Below, piece after piece: positions 40,740 through 54,129 of a stretch of 64,000 nucleotides of DNA. Origin of the DNA: Glaucostegus cemiculus (lineage: Eukaryota); the NCBI GenBank assembly GCA_976551045.1, contig CDPCPM010000011.1, positions 12,338,001 through 12,402,000 of the forward strand, in the 5' to 3' direction. The notes beneath the pieces were generated by a model, which saw only the letters and a list, made by a program, of their open reading frames with translations, ran no database searches and was not told the DNA's origin. The translations under genes were made by a program, and so were the position numbers. How positions within the stretch are numbered: position 1 is the first letter of the stretch; each line of letters starts with the position of its first letter.

Positions 40740-41150
40740 GGACTTAACAGGTTGAGTTACAAGAACAGGTGGTGCTGAGTAGGTGATAATTCTCTTGAGC
40801 ATAGAAAGTTAATGCTTTACCTAATGGAAGTGTTAGGGTGATTAAAAGTAGTTGAAGGTGAAAAAACAGAAATGTTTTCTTCTGGTAGAGTAGTCCTGAC
40901 CAAGAAGGTATAACCTTAGATTAAAGGATGTCTTCAAGAAGCACTTCTTCATATGAAAGGTAGTGGGACTACGGAATTCTCCCCCTTACCTAGCTGAAGC
41001 CAGGTCAATTGAAAATGTCAAAATTGGTATTGATAGATGGCTGTTATCCAAGGGAGATTTAGGATTACAGAATCAAGATAGATAATTTAAGGTGATCTAA
41101 TTAAATGGGGAAAAGGCTGGAAAAATGGCTGGCTGCTGTTTCTGTATTCT
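40740..41150 (+). mobile_element. Old CR1 3' fragment
   Basis: gaagcacttcttcatatgaaaggtagtggga...aaaattggtattgatagat resembles the CR1 3' ORF end and UTR. Confidence 0.6.
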
Positions 41151-41669
41151 GATTTTTCTAACTACAACATGCCAGGTTAATCAGTTGTGTCCCATCCTCA
41201 CAATATTGACTACAGGAATTCAAGCAATATGTGATATTATAAATGTTTGAAGAATGCTGTAGAGTTGAATTTGTTTTATGGCACTGAATTATAGAATATT
41301 CAGTCCAGAATATATTTAATTTTGACAGGTTTCCAATGAGAACAGTTGTATTAAATACTTAATGAATTCAGTAATTAGTTCCAAGTCAAAGAATCAGATA
41401 GCTTATGAGGCATCTGCTGGTTCTTCGAAGGAGCTGTCCAATTTAGATTCACTGCCCGGTATTTTTCATCACAATCCTGCCAATTAGTCTTTATGTCTAA
41501 TTGTCCTTTGAAAGTACAACTAGGACCCTTTCTTAACAGCTTCCTGTATGCAGAGACTTCTCCTAACAATCCTTGTTGGCAATTATATTAAGCTTATGAT
41601 ATCTGGTTTCTGACCCAGGAACTGTCAGAGGAAACAGTCTTTCCCTTCGTAAATCTATCAAAACCTTCA

Positions 41670-42110
41670 AGATCACAAGAGCAGAAGTACTCCATTTGGC
41701 CCATCAAGTCTGCTCCATGAGCTAAACTAAAACTATCCCAATCTAGCCCCAGTTTCCGGCCTTATTCCCATATCCCTGATACCTTGACTAATTAGATACT
41801 TATCAATCTTCTCCTTAAATGCCCCCAGTGATTGGGCCTCCACAGCTATATGTGGCAAATAATTCCATAAATTCACTACCCTCTGGCTAAAGAAATTTCT
41901 CCTCACTTCTGTTTTAAACTGGTACCCTGTAATTCTAACACTGTGCCCTTTAGTCCTGGACTCACCCACCGAGGGAAACAGCTTGACCACATCTACTCTG
42001 TCCAGTCCTTTCAACATTATGTTTCTATGAAGTCCCCTCTCATTCTTCTGTACTCCAGTGAGTACAGACCAAGTGCTGACAAATGCACATCGTATGTAAG
42101 CCCTTTCATA
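41670..42110 (-). mobile_element. Relatively young CR1 3' fragment
   Basis: Minus-strand LKGLDRVDVVKLFPSVGESRTKGHS...EVRRNFFSQRVVNLWNYLP..AVEAQSLGAFKEKIDKYL. Confidence 0.92.
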
Positions 42111-42264
42111 ACGATCTATCAACCCATCATAACGTTGAATATAACTTTTAGGTCTCACCTTACATTTTGCTGCTCTGTGCATGTACCATCTTTTCACAAA
42201 CCCTGTCATCCTTCATTTCATCCAGTTACTGAGACAATGAAGGCATTTTAAAAATGGCACATTT

Positions 42265-42680
42265 GCTATATGAGGGAAGATTGAGTAGATGAGGCTTATG
42301 TTCATTAAGATTTAAAAGAATGAGGGTGACTCATTGAAAGTTACAAAATTCTTACAGGGTTCAACAGAATGAATGCAGGGAGGATATTTCCCCAGCTAGA
42401 TGTTGAGAAGTAGGGTCACAGTCTCAGAATAAGGGACAGATCATATACAGGGAAATAAAGAGAAATTTCTTCACTCAAAGAGTGGTGAACATCTGAAGTT
42501 CCCTACCGAGGAAGTCTAATGTTGGCCCAGTCATTGATTTCATTGGATTTCTGGTTATTAAGAAAACAAAGGGATATGAGATATGAAGTTGAGATGGATC
42601 AATCATCAATCTTGATGATTAGCAGACAGGTTCAAAGGGGCAGATGGCCTACCTCTGCTCCTAATTCCTGTGTTCTTCAA
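42265..42680 (+). mobile_element. CR1 3' fragment
   Basis: agaatgagggtgactcattgaa...agaaatttcttcactcaaagagtggtgaa...ctctgctcctaattcctgtgttctt. Confidence 0.82.
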
Positions 42681-43134
42681 TATATGCTTTATTGCATTCC
42701 TACATATCAATATATATATATGGTATTTAAAGTTCCACTTATAACATAATAGTTATCTTCCACATGTTAATCTCCTATTTCTTTTTATTTTATGTTAATA
42801 TTTTGTCAAGTCATGATTTCAAACTCAGGCCGATGTTTTCAGTACAAAAAAAATGATCACTTCCAAAACAGGAAGTCCCAACAATTACTCTGATTTGACA
42901 TAGCCAATCGCAGAAATTTTAACATACTGCACATGACATGCTCTCCTTTAATTGGGCCGACCATACACAGATTGAGTGTCCACTTTGCAGAATGACCTCT
43001 GTTCAGCCCACACAGGAGATCCTGAACTGGCTAGTTCATTAATGTGATTTTGTTTTCACCTCCACAGATGCTGTCTAGTTTGATGGAAATTTCCAACATA
43101 GCAACCAACTGTAGTTTTCTATATCTCACTGTTC

Positions 43135-43470
43135 CAACAATTTCTTTCTCCTTCCTCTGCCCTCATTCGTCTTACCCTATATGCATCACTCCAGACAGAT
43201 CAGCTGTAATTAATAAGCCTTTAAACACTGCCTCAACTGGCACCACTATCTTGTGCATCATTCACTCTCTTTCATTCCACACCCTATCAGAGAGAACTCC
43301 CTTTGCTCTCTCTATCCCCCTCTCCCCCCCCCCCTTCAATTTAAAACCTGTTTGATTTCTATTTTTCCCTAGTTCTGGTAACAGGTCATTGACCTGAAAT
43401 GTTAACTCAATTTCTCTTTCAACAGATACTGTCTGATCTGCCAAGATCATTTCCAGCATTTTCTGCCTGC
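43135..43470 (+). mobile_element. Penelope-like 3' region with terminal repeat
   Basis: Pyrimidine-rich 3' part (caccctatcagaga) followed by caggtcattgacctgaaatgttaactc...tttccagcattttctg. Confidence 0.68.
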
Positions 43471-43594
43471 CTCTGATTTATGTAACTATACACATACAGA
43501 GTGTCTATTGAAATGACTAGTTCAGTTAATAAATTGCACTATCTCAGCTGATGCATTTCACCACCTTATAACACAGTGCAACTCACTGATTACT

Positions 43595-43900
43595 ACAGTA
43601 GGTGGTGCAGCAAACTGGTGCCTTATATCTCCAACAACATGGGTTTGACCCTAATCTCAAGTGCTATCTGTGTGGAATTCACACATTTTCCCTGCAAATG
43701 CATGGTTTCCTCCCACATATCAGAAATAGAGGTAAGTAGGTTAATCGGTTGTTATAAGTTACCATTTGCACAAATAGGGGGCAGGAGTTGATAGGAATAG
43801 GTTCCTGGGAAATAAATAGGGGCATGGAATTGAATTGAGAGAATATTCTGAGAGCCAGCCAGACTTAATGGGTGAAATAGCCTCCTGCTCTATTGAAATT
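43595..43900 (+). mobile_element. Old V-SINE in sense orientation
   Basis: gtgctatctgtgtggaattcacacattttccc...ggtttcctcccacat. Confidence 0.68.
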
Positions 43901-45469
43901 ATATAGTCAGCCAATTATTAGCCCTCAGCCAATGACTTTCACTGTGTCAGCCTGTCTCAGCTAATGAGGTAGGCAGCCTTAGCCAATAACTTCTACTCTG
44001 TTAGCCATAGAACTGGAAGGGTGGGTCTGTCAACCAGGATCTCAACCACATAGTGTGTTTTATAATAACCAGGCTAAGTAACATGTATTTACTCAGCAAA
44101 CAAGAATGGACACCAAATCTTTCATCAAGTCTGACTAGTTTCTGTAAGATGAAGCAGGAAATAGAACTCAACTTATCCTGATAAGAATATTCTGATTTCT
44201 CAGAAAATACACTGGGTTGTGAATTATTATATAATACAGATTCTGTACATAAAATCAATCCCGTTCACTTGGAGCAGTGCAGTCACAAAGCTGTTTGATT
44301 GGGTAATAACCCCATCATCCCTATTCTAGCTGGGAGCTGTAATATCACTATATTGTGAGCCACTTGGGTGAGCAACTGAAGTAGTAAGAAACTTGTACCC
44401 TGGAAACAGTCATTTCTTCCAGAAGGAGAAGAACATTGACTCAGGAAAGTCTCAGTCTAATTCTGTTTTGGGGAGTTGGGAAAAGTATCACATAATGAAG
44501 GCACTTCTGATGAAAATCAACATGGAACTAATTTCCCTGTGGGCCACTTTCCCTCAGTGATGGCTGCTTATTAGCCTTAACCATGTAATAGTGACTTCAT
44601 TACCATTACAATCTCTAGTGTCATTAAGACATCCTGTTCATTTAGTGAAATCTGTATTGACTAACTATTTGTGTTTAGCTCCGTTCTTTAATTTCTAGAT
44701 TATCACAAGACTGTATTAGATGTAATTTGTATGCAAAATGTAAGGGTAAACATGTCATGACTTCTAAATATTAATTTCTATCCACATTTTAATATTTAAT
44801 GCTAGCTAATATTAAAATCAATCTATTGAATTAACCTATTCAATGACCCCTAAAAATTAATAATGCATTTTATTTTGGCTGGAGTTAATTTGCATATTTA
44901 TGATACATAACAAACTGGACCAAAGCGGATTAGAGAGGTAAATTGTGTACTGAATGGTTTTCGATTCAACCTACAGAAATACCCAGTAGTCAACTCTGGG
45001 TAATTTCATGACATTCTCCAGTGGGGTCACCACCTTCATTAAGCAGGTGTGAATGCCTCTGTCAAACCATTAAAAGCTTGTATTTCTCCAAAATATCTCC
45101 AAGTGTTTCATGTGGAGAAATATTTTTGGGAGTGCCATGACTGTTACCCAGTGAAAACTTTACTCATCCTCTATTAATACTTAACACTGAAAGAAAAGAG
45201 CACTTATTGAATTTTGCTGGCATTGATTCATAGGGAGAAGTTGGCAAAACACTTGCTGAACTAACATTCATCTTATTCTTCCATTGAATCTTCAAAGAGC
45301 AATTTAAACCAGGTGGGTAAAGGGTTCAGTGTGTCATCCAATGAATGGCCAGAGTGCACTCGAGAATCAGGAAACAAAACTACTGTGTAATGTACATTCC
45401 TTGTAGAATGGTTGCTCCCTTGTAATGAGCAACTCATCAACATTGTTATTCTGAATTGGAAAGTGGAAG

Positions 45470-45600
45470 TGGAAAAGCAAACAACTGCAGCTACTAGAAA
45501 ACTGAAATAAAAGCAGAGGATGCTCAACAAGTCAAGCAGCATCTGTGGAGAGGGAAGCAGAATTAATGTTTCAAGTTGATGACCTTCCATCAGAACAGTT
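45470..45600 (-). mobile_element. Penelope-type terminal repeat fragment
   Basis: gcagcatctgtggagagg...aattaatgtttcaagttgatgaccttccatcagaac. Confidence 0.7.
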
Positions 45601-46289
45601 CTGGGGCTTCCTTTCCACCTTTCTTGACCAACTGAACTATAGCTACAGGAATTATTGTTAACCTCAGAGAGAAGTTAAGTTAATTTGCACTTTAGTTATT
45701 CATAAAATATGGCACAGTGTTCTCCAAAATGCCATCACAAGGCCAACATTTTCAATCACCTTTCACGGTTACCAGTAGACTCTATTCCAATAGGACTGGA
45801 CACTCTTTGTTCTCTATATCTAAATAGTATTGGATGATTTGCTTCTTTAAAAAAGTGCTTATTAATTTGTATTATGGCTTAAAACTTCTCACTCGATAAA
45901 ATGTAGAATCATGGTTCCAAACCATTCATGGCACTTTCAAGTTGATGGGGCAATCTAAATTAGATTCTATCTGAGTTAGTAATTTATGCTGGTGAGACTG
46001 CAGCCACTGTGAACATCACTTCTTGTGTATAATGTTGCACTGTACAATTACTGATAAGATTTTTCCATTTTTGGTTCATGCAGATCCCTTCCTAACATAA
46101 CGGAAAATTGGAAGCCATATAGGGAAAGCTAAAATTGCAACTTTGGGCACAGTGAATGTTTTTTCCATCACTGCTAGTCATCAGATATCCTTTCTGCAAT
46201 ATAAATGGGCTCATTCAATGTTCCAGATATCCCAGCACATTACATGACTGCTTCAAATTGAAAGAGTCTCTATGATACAAAGAGGCTAT

Positions 46290-46665
46290 TTAAGAAACAG
46301 ATATTCACTGCTGTGCAGTTCTCAGAGAGACCTGTATGATTGCAGATGCCACCTTTTGGGTGAGACATTAAATCAAGGCTCTTTCAGCCGTTTTAATGAA
46401 AGCAAAAGATTATATGGCTCTATTTTGAAGAATCACATGAAGTCCTCCCTGGTCATCTTAGCCAATTTTAACCCCTCTACTCACACCACTAAAACAGGCC
46501 ATCTGGTCAGTATCACATTACAGTTTGTGATGCCTTGTTGAATGCAGTTTAGTTGCTATGTTTCATTCATTGCAGCACTTGGAGTAACTTAATTAGCTTT
46601 AAAATTGTTCAAGCTATCCTGACATTGTCTAAAGTTCAATGTAAATATATGTCCCTTTTTTCTTA
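46290..46665 (+). mobile_element. Deu-domain SINE (old, fairly complete)
   Basis: tgccaccttttgggtgagacattaaatcaagg...ctattttgaagaa...ccaattttaacccctc...atctggtcagtatcacatt. Confidence 0.68.
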
Positions 46666-47859
46666 TCATATTAGATATTGCAAGAATAGTTATAAACCCT
46701 GAACTTGTTGACAAGTTAAATGTTGCTTTGATAGGTGTACATTGAGTGATAGAGATAAGATGCACCTGTAGTTTTACTTATCGAGATTATCTTGAGATGA
46801 TACAAGAAACTAATTATCACATACACTCAAGATGGAATACAGGATTTCAGAGCTATCCACATTGCCATGTGTTCTTACTGAAAATGATGTAGCTGCAAAC
46901 TCAAACACATGAATTGATTTTATTTTTTAAATAATATTACTCCTAATGCATACACCAATACAGAATGAAAGAAAACCGGCAAGAAACTGAATTGGTATAC
47001 AGTATTCTTCAACAACCACCCTACCCATCCCCACCATCCAACCAACATTCACTTACCTCCATCCTGCCATCCCCCCACCAACACTCCCCAGAGATGCTCA
47101 TTATTATGTACTGGCAATCGTCCAGCCTGTGAGCTTGTGAAATATTTAATTGTATCCTGTACGTTAATTGCTTCAAAATCAAATTAAATCTCAGACTCAC
47201 AATGTTGATAGGAAAATTGATAGTTGCAGAGCAGAAATTCCTGTTGACAGGCTGATTGAGGAGCACCATAAGACTGATAAACATAGTTTGCTCTGACTTT
47301 GTTGAAAGCAGCACAAAAAGTGAATCGTGCGGACCTTCTCAAAAGGCCTCTAAAATCACAGTGGACTGGGTCTCCCACCCCCTTCATTTTATTCTTTTTT
47401 TGGGAATCTGGGCATCGTTGCAGCGAAAGGCAACTGGAAGCTCAATACTTGTTCCTCTCTCAGGTCAAAAAACTGGCTGAAGAGTCAGATGCTGGGCTGA
47501 AGTGCATTCTAAAAATAAAGATAAACCCCATAGAACTCTATTTGATCTTGTAAAATCTGAGTCAGGCAATTCTAATAAATTTCCGAATTAAACTAGAGGA
47601 AAATTAAGTGTTTGCAAATACAGACCTTACTCTCATTAGATCAGAAAATCATGACTGCTTCCCAACTCAGTTCTGCTGCTGGTATTCCAGGGGCATAATA
47701 AGCTGGAGTTTCTGTGACAACTTTCTGAGACCTAGATGTCATCAATCTCTTTCAGTCTTGGGTATGAAAGCTTCCCCAGATCACCAGACAAGGATAAACT
47801 CTTAGAAATGTGTGAACTTCAACTCAGCAGTAAAGGTGATCCAAGATATGGGATTCAAA

Positions 47860-48150
47860 ATAACCCTTTTGAATTTCACTTTGGATCTAAAACTGGGAGA
47901 CAAAGAATCAGGGCAAGAGATGAGGAGAAATTTCATTGCACTAAATCTTCAGAATACTCTACCTCAGAGGACTATGGATGCTTAGTTGCTGAATAAACTC
48001 AATACAGAAATTACAAAAGAACTTGATGAGCTAATTTTGGGATTCCAAGGTAATCAGAGGATATGGAGATAAAGTGGAGAGGTAGATTTGAATACATTGA
48101 CGAGTGGAACAGGTTTGTGCAGCTGTAAGACCCACTTACTGATTTTATTT
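47860..48150 (+). mobile_element. Old CR1 3' fragment
   Basis: gatgaggagaaatttc...aatcagaggatatggagataaagtgga. Confidence 0.55.
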
Positions 48151-49015
48151 TGGATTTACAGCAAGAGAGGCATGTGATGCCCATTCCTTATTGCCCTTCA
48201 GTGGGTGGTGGTGTGCTGTCTTCTCGAATTCTGTAGATCTGTGGTCAGTGTAATCTCACAGTGATGTTAACTGGTGAAGTCCAAGAGTTTATTTGATGGA
48301 CAATGGGAGAAAGGTGATTCATTTTGAAGCCATGATGCTTGTGAAACATTCAAGAGAAAGTTTAAAAGATATAACATCGACCCATAATAATTTAATGCTG
48401 ACACTAGTGCAAAGAAAATTTTGAAAACATTTCAATTCTAACATTGACATCAAATCAAGCTGATGAGCACAAAATCTTCCAAATGCAGCAGCAGCAGCAG
48501 ATTCAGTTTCTTGAGAGTTGTGCATTAGGGAAAGCAAATCACATTTATTTTGCATTAGTGAGGTTAACTAAATCATTGATCTGTGCGAAAATTGCTGCTA
48601 TGGTTTATTTTATTTTTTTTGCTGGAAGCAAGTCAACTAAACAACTTAAACAGCGAAAGCTCAGCCATTGCGTTATCAATCCTTTTGTTGAGACATCCCT
48701 CAAAAGCACAGGGGATTAACCATGGCATTTTGACAGGACTTGAAACAGCAATTGAATGCATTGCTGGCAAAGTGCTCCTACTTAAAAACAGAATGGCAGG
48801 GGGTGGGGGGAAGCAGCGGCAGGCTCTACACTAATAGGAGGAGAGGAAGGACATTATATTCATCAGCAAATACATCAATCCGTACCCCATTTATTCTGAC
48901 AGTACTCTCCCTATTACAGTCTTTTGGCAAAACTTCTCAAATTAAGGGACGTAGATGTGGCCAAACTGAAGTGATGAGTACAGAGTATGGATAAAATAAG
49001 CAACCCAGCTGATCA

Positions 49016-49317
49016 CAATATAAGATATTTATTTATTCATCACATGTACATCGAATCACACAGTGAAATACGTCTTTTTGCATTGCTAAGAATGTGCTGG
49101 GGGCAGCCCACAAGTGTCGCCACTCTTTTGGCACCAACATAGCATGGTCATAGCTCCTAACATGTATGTCTTTGGAATGTGGGAGGGAAACGGAGCACCC
49201 GGAGGAAACCCATGCAGATACAGGGAGAACATAGAAACTCCTTACAGGCAGCGGCGGGAATTGAACCTAGGTCGCTGGCGCGGTAATAACATTACTCTAA
49301 CCGCTATGCTTCCATGC
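49016..49317 (-). mobile_element. V-SINE, tail type A
   Basis: Same architecture as the 15271 and 20997 copies. Confidence 0.9.
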
Positions 49318-49431
49318 AGAGCCAGAAAAAAAATCACATCTTGCAGTGTGAAATGATTGTTGAACCTATTTTCAAAATGTTTTTATATACAACAGTTAAT
49401 GAAAATTAAAAAAAAGAAGATGCACCATTTC

Positions 49432-49633
49432 TGAGACAAAAGCAGAAAATGCTGGAAACACACAGCAGGGCAGGGAGCATCAGTGGAAAGTGAAACAAAC
49501 CTTTCAGGCCTGGGACCCTGCTACAAAACACTGAGTTCTGATGATGGGACCTAAATCTGAAACATTAACCTTTTCTCTTTCCATAGATTCTGTCTGACCT
49601 GCTGAGCATTTCCAGCATTTTCTGTTTTTATCT
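49432..49633. mobile_element. Penelope-type inverted terminal repeat pair with a hammerhead-like core
   Basis: cagaaaatgctggaaa...cagcagg is mirrored by cctgctgagcatttccagcattttctg; CTGATGA (49538) and GAAAC (49559) lie between. Confidence 0.72.
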
Positions 49634-51249
49634 TGTGTAGAACAGGCCTGTCTTGTCCAATAAGTATGATCTTCTAGATTGGGAGCACCATGTTGTTTGT
49701 TGATTACCACATTTCCTTGATCTGGTTGTTCTGGGGTTGCTAGAACTCTGGCAAATGCAGGTGGCCAGTCAGAAATTTTACTCTTCAACTTCAAACTGTA
49801 GTAGAGGGAAATACCAGATGTTCAGTTAAGAGAAAATGTTCTGCATTAAGGGTGACTGATTATTAATTTATAGACCAATCCCAGAAGGCATTGATAGTTT
49901 ATTACCACTATGTGAGCACTGATTTTACTTTACCCTATGTTACTATTCTGAACTGGGATTTCCAAGAATTGATTATTTTCTACCTGGAAGTGATCTGTGT
50001 GACTTCATCACCTTGGGTCACAAATGTTACTACTTTGCATGCATTAGATCTTCTTTGAAAATAACGTTAGTGTGTGGTACTGGCTGATAAGCAACTTTCA
50101 AAGGGGATATACAAACCTCCCCCATTCCTCACAAGGAAAAATATTGAATCTCAAAGTCAGACTGGAGCCTAGAAAGCGCAGTATGTTCATTCATATGTGG
50201 TCAATAATCATGGATTGAATTAACTTTAGACAATAAACATGACAAAAAAACAGTGCTAAATTTTAATTGCATGTGTCTGGTGCTGTATTGAACAACTTGG
50301 TATCATATGAGTTTCATTGGCTACAATTGTAGCATTTAATAATCTTGGCATATTTACTATATAGAGGAAACAAAACAGAAAACAAAAATCAGAAATCAGT
50401 CAGTTAACCCATCCAAGTGTGTTAATTGGGTCAAATGGTTTATTATACTGTATATATGCCAGTAAACAATTTTTTGTGAATTTTAGTGACTAATGTATGA
50501 ATTGTTTGGGCAGGAATTGCTCATTTTTAATTGAATAATAAATAAACTATTATAAGCAATAAGGAGAAATGGCAAAAGAGCAGAAATAGGGTTTGTTCAA
50601 TTGGTGAAGACAAACTGTAATCAAATTGTTGGAGAATAAGGTTCCAGATTCAGTTCCAGTCTCCAGGCCAGTTCATTTCAGCCACCTTGGTCGAAATGTT
50701 ACTTAAAACTGGCACTTGGCATTTGATATCCAATCAAGCTGCTGTGGTAAAAGCCAGCTCCTCAAACATTCTGATCTTCTGGAATCTTTTTCAATGAATA
50801 ACAAAAGCATGCAAGAAAGACCTTGCATTTTATTGCTACAATGAGCTTAACCCCATCAAGGTCTAGTGTTCAATTAACAATCAGCAAGTATCATTCATAG
50901 TGTATTAGCAATTGCGTTTTGTTTCCTCCAGACCCAGTAAATGAACTTCCAGCAATTCCTGCTGATGTATGTATGAGGTTGGGTTCTCAACCATGAAGGC
51001 CTTATTGAGTAGCATTATTGAGTATTGAGTAGCATTATTTTCCTATCTGTTATATCTAGAAGTGTTTCTTTAGTGAGACTATATGGAATACATAGTACAC
51101 AGTATGTAGAAACAACATTCAGCTCACAATGCACTTACTCTAACCAGCCTTTGCTGAGATTTTCCCTGACCAGCTGAGTGTTCTCTGTTTTTATTTCAGA
51201 TTTCCAGCATCTGCTATTTCTTTGATTTTCATTTGCTGAGCTCTGTGCT

Positions 51250-52230
51250 CCACTCAAACCTCCTTGTGTTTTCTTCACCCAACCCTGTCACCACAACAGT
51301 CAAGTGCATTCTCCATCATTCACTTATCTAATCTCCCCATCTAAACTATAGACCTCAACCATTCTCTGAAGTTCCCACTGCTCACTGGTTAAAGAGTTTT
51401 CCTCTGAACTTCCTACCTGATTCCTTGATGACCACTTTTTGCTGATTGACTTTAGAGTCATAGAATCATGCAGCACAGAAACAGGCCCTCAGAGCACTGA
51501 AACCCACCTCCCCCCCCCCCCCCCCCCACCCTCTGCTGACCACGAAGCATCCCTTTACATTAATCCTATACTAATCCAAATTTATTCATCCCACATTCCC
51601 ATCATCTCCCTCCAGATTTTAACACTCACCTACACAAAAGGAGCAACTTGCAGTGACCAAGTAACCTATCAATCTGCACATTTTTGGGATGTGGGAGGAA
51701 ACCAGATCACCAGGGGAAGCATTGGGGTCACAGGGAGAACACACCACTCCACACAGATAGCACCCCAGGTCAGCATTGAACCCAAGCCGCTGGAGCTGTG
51801 AGGCCGCAGCTCAACTAGCTGTTGACCCACCCCTTCTCCCCCTACTGCCCATGGTATTCCCAGGAAATCTCCAATCCAAGTCGAGCTTCGGACATCAGGC
51901 AGGATTGGTCATCTTACTCTTCTTCTCAAGTCAAAAATACTCTTACTGTGCCCTCACATAAATTATAATCGTATAGCCTTTGTCTCTGACACCCTCGTCA
52001 CCTTCACTTGTCAGGAGGAACAACACCTAGACTGTTGGGTCTTTCCTGATAAGAATTTTATTTCTGGTACCATCCTCTCCTGCACCCTCTCCTCTTTATG
52101 ATATGATGACTGGAATTGAATTCTCCATTCTGGTCTGACCAAGGCACATTGCGAGCTTGGCTTAAATTCGATTCTCTTATATCTGAGGTTGCAGTTCCAG
52201 GTGATGCTTGTGAAAATAAACTTCCAAGTC
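51250..52230 (-). mobile_element. Old CR1 fragment interrupted by a V-SINE
   Basis: Minus-strand RYKRIEFK...ALVRPEWRIQFQS (decayed LVRPHLEY.VQF) at 52011-52200, with 3' parts at 51250-51450. Confidence 0.55.
51465..51830 (-). mobile_element. Older V-SINE containing a C18 tract (51510-51527)
   Basis: Tail agagtcatagaatcatgcagcacagaaacaggccc and core tttgggatgtgggaggaaacc. Confidence 0.8.
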
Positions 52231-54129
52231 GGGAAATGAGCAATGTAAATCATCAAAGTGATCCAACAACAAACTGAATCATTGAATTGTAAGAACATTA
52301 CAACTCACTAAAATAGGTAACCGTACCCTACGTCATATTTTCCTTCAATAGTTGCTAATTTATCATTCTGCAGAACATTTTGAATCCAGGAGAAATGAGA
52401 AATTGGGAATGAATCGATTAATTGCCCTGAGCATACGTGAGTAACCTGAAATGAACTGCATAACAAAGAAAACAGTACAGAATCAGGCAAGACTGATGAC
52501 AACAATGTTGCCACTGGTATATTCCGGAATAATGCTTACTGGAGCCAAGTGTTTTATTTGGCTGCATGTGTGATTAATGTGACACATTGAAAGAAGTTTA
52601 CTTGTTGGCATTTATAACTGTCAGAAACTTGGAGTTTTTGCTGACAAAGTCAAGCCATAATTACCCTACCATAAAGAGCCTGAATAAGTTTTCCTGCACT
52701 TTTGGAATCAGCAGTCCTCTTGTAAATCAGCACATGCAGTAGTAATTCTCCTTCTCTGGTAAGTAGCATTTAACTGGTTATGTTAAATGGGGCTACACTT
52801 TAGGAATGATTTTGTCATATATCACTACACTGAGATGATTAGAAAACGCAAAAGGTGAAAGTGCGTTTTTAAGGGTGCATTCAGTGAAATGATCATGAAT
52901 AAGGAGGGCTACTTTTCAAGTTTCACTGCATATTGATTCACTCACCATTTTCCCAGCTCCCAGAAAGGCTGACGCTCAATGCATCATCAGCCCAATTGCT
53001 TGAGTTGTACAATAAAAACATTGTAGGCAATGTATATGGGTGCATTTGCCTGACAGTTTACCTTGCTACATGACTCTTGGCTGAGAACATTCTTAGTAAG
53101 TGCAAGAAGATTGTGGCTAAAAATTTCTCTCTCTATGCATTTCAGTGGTGGAGTTAGTAGTTTTTGTTTCTTCCTCCAGAAGGGAATTGTCATCCTGAAA
53201 CAGAGCTGAGCAGATAGAATCTCTTGAGATTATTTTTAAAAATCTATTTTGACCACTCAGTTTTCTTCCTTCCTCTTTTGTGCTAACCTAACTGAAAGGA
53301 GCCAGAGGAATAATAAAAAGCACCTGGAAACAGGGCTGGCTTGGGGGTAGCAGTAGAGGCTAGTGGTGGGACATGAAGGAGGGAAGTAGTGATGGGAGAC
53401 GGGAATGTCTAGATGTGCAATTTATTAAAAACCCTGATAGTAATCAAGCAACCTGATTACTCCAAGAGACTAGGCTCATATTGAGGAGAATGGTTGACTC
53501 TTCCAGCTTAATTAGTAGCCAGGTTAGGCAGACAGGAAGTTATGAGCTTTCAGTTTTCATGCCAGGCCTTTGTTGAGTTAGATTACTTTGCAAAGTTGGT
53601 ACAAATGTCTCCTCTGAATTGGATGAGGTAATGGGAAAAAAAAATACCAGCCAGTCTTGTTGCTCTTGATTATTACTCACTGAGTTACGTTTACGCAGAT
53701 ACTGGGCAAGTGTAGGGTCTGCCTCTGATGTCCTGATGGCCAAATAGTTTCCAACACCTGTGCCTGAAAAGTAGCCACTTCAGTGAGTGAAGTACCACAG
53801 AATGCCTGTGCTCATCAAACCACATATAAACAAAAAGAAAAATGACTACATCAAGAAGCAGAATGAATTGTCACCAGCAGTGTAGTGCTATCCAAGCACT
53901 GGAATCAACATCTTCAGGTGTGAGAGAAGAGGGAATGTGGATGGCAATGGACAGTGAAGAATGCACATTTTCATTCTGTTATGCTTCAACCATCTTGCCT
54001 GTGGTTTTTATTGCAGTATCTTCCTGGCACAAAGTTTTTCAGATAAACTCTCCAAATAGCATTCAAGTCAGTGTGAAAGAATATAGATTCAGAAGTTGTA
54101 TGATGATGTAGTTGGTTTAAAGGTTTTAT

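Noticed and set aside
41733-42209. 158-aa ORF as a host gene
   Set aside because: CR1 ORF2 C-terminal fragment read on into flanking DNA.
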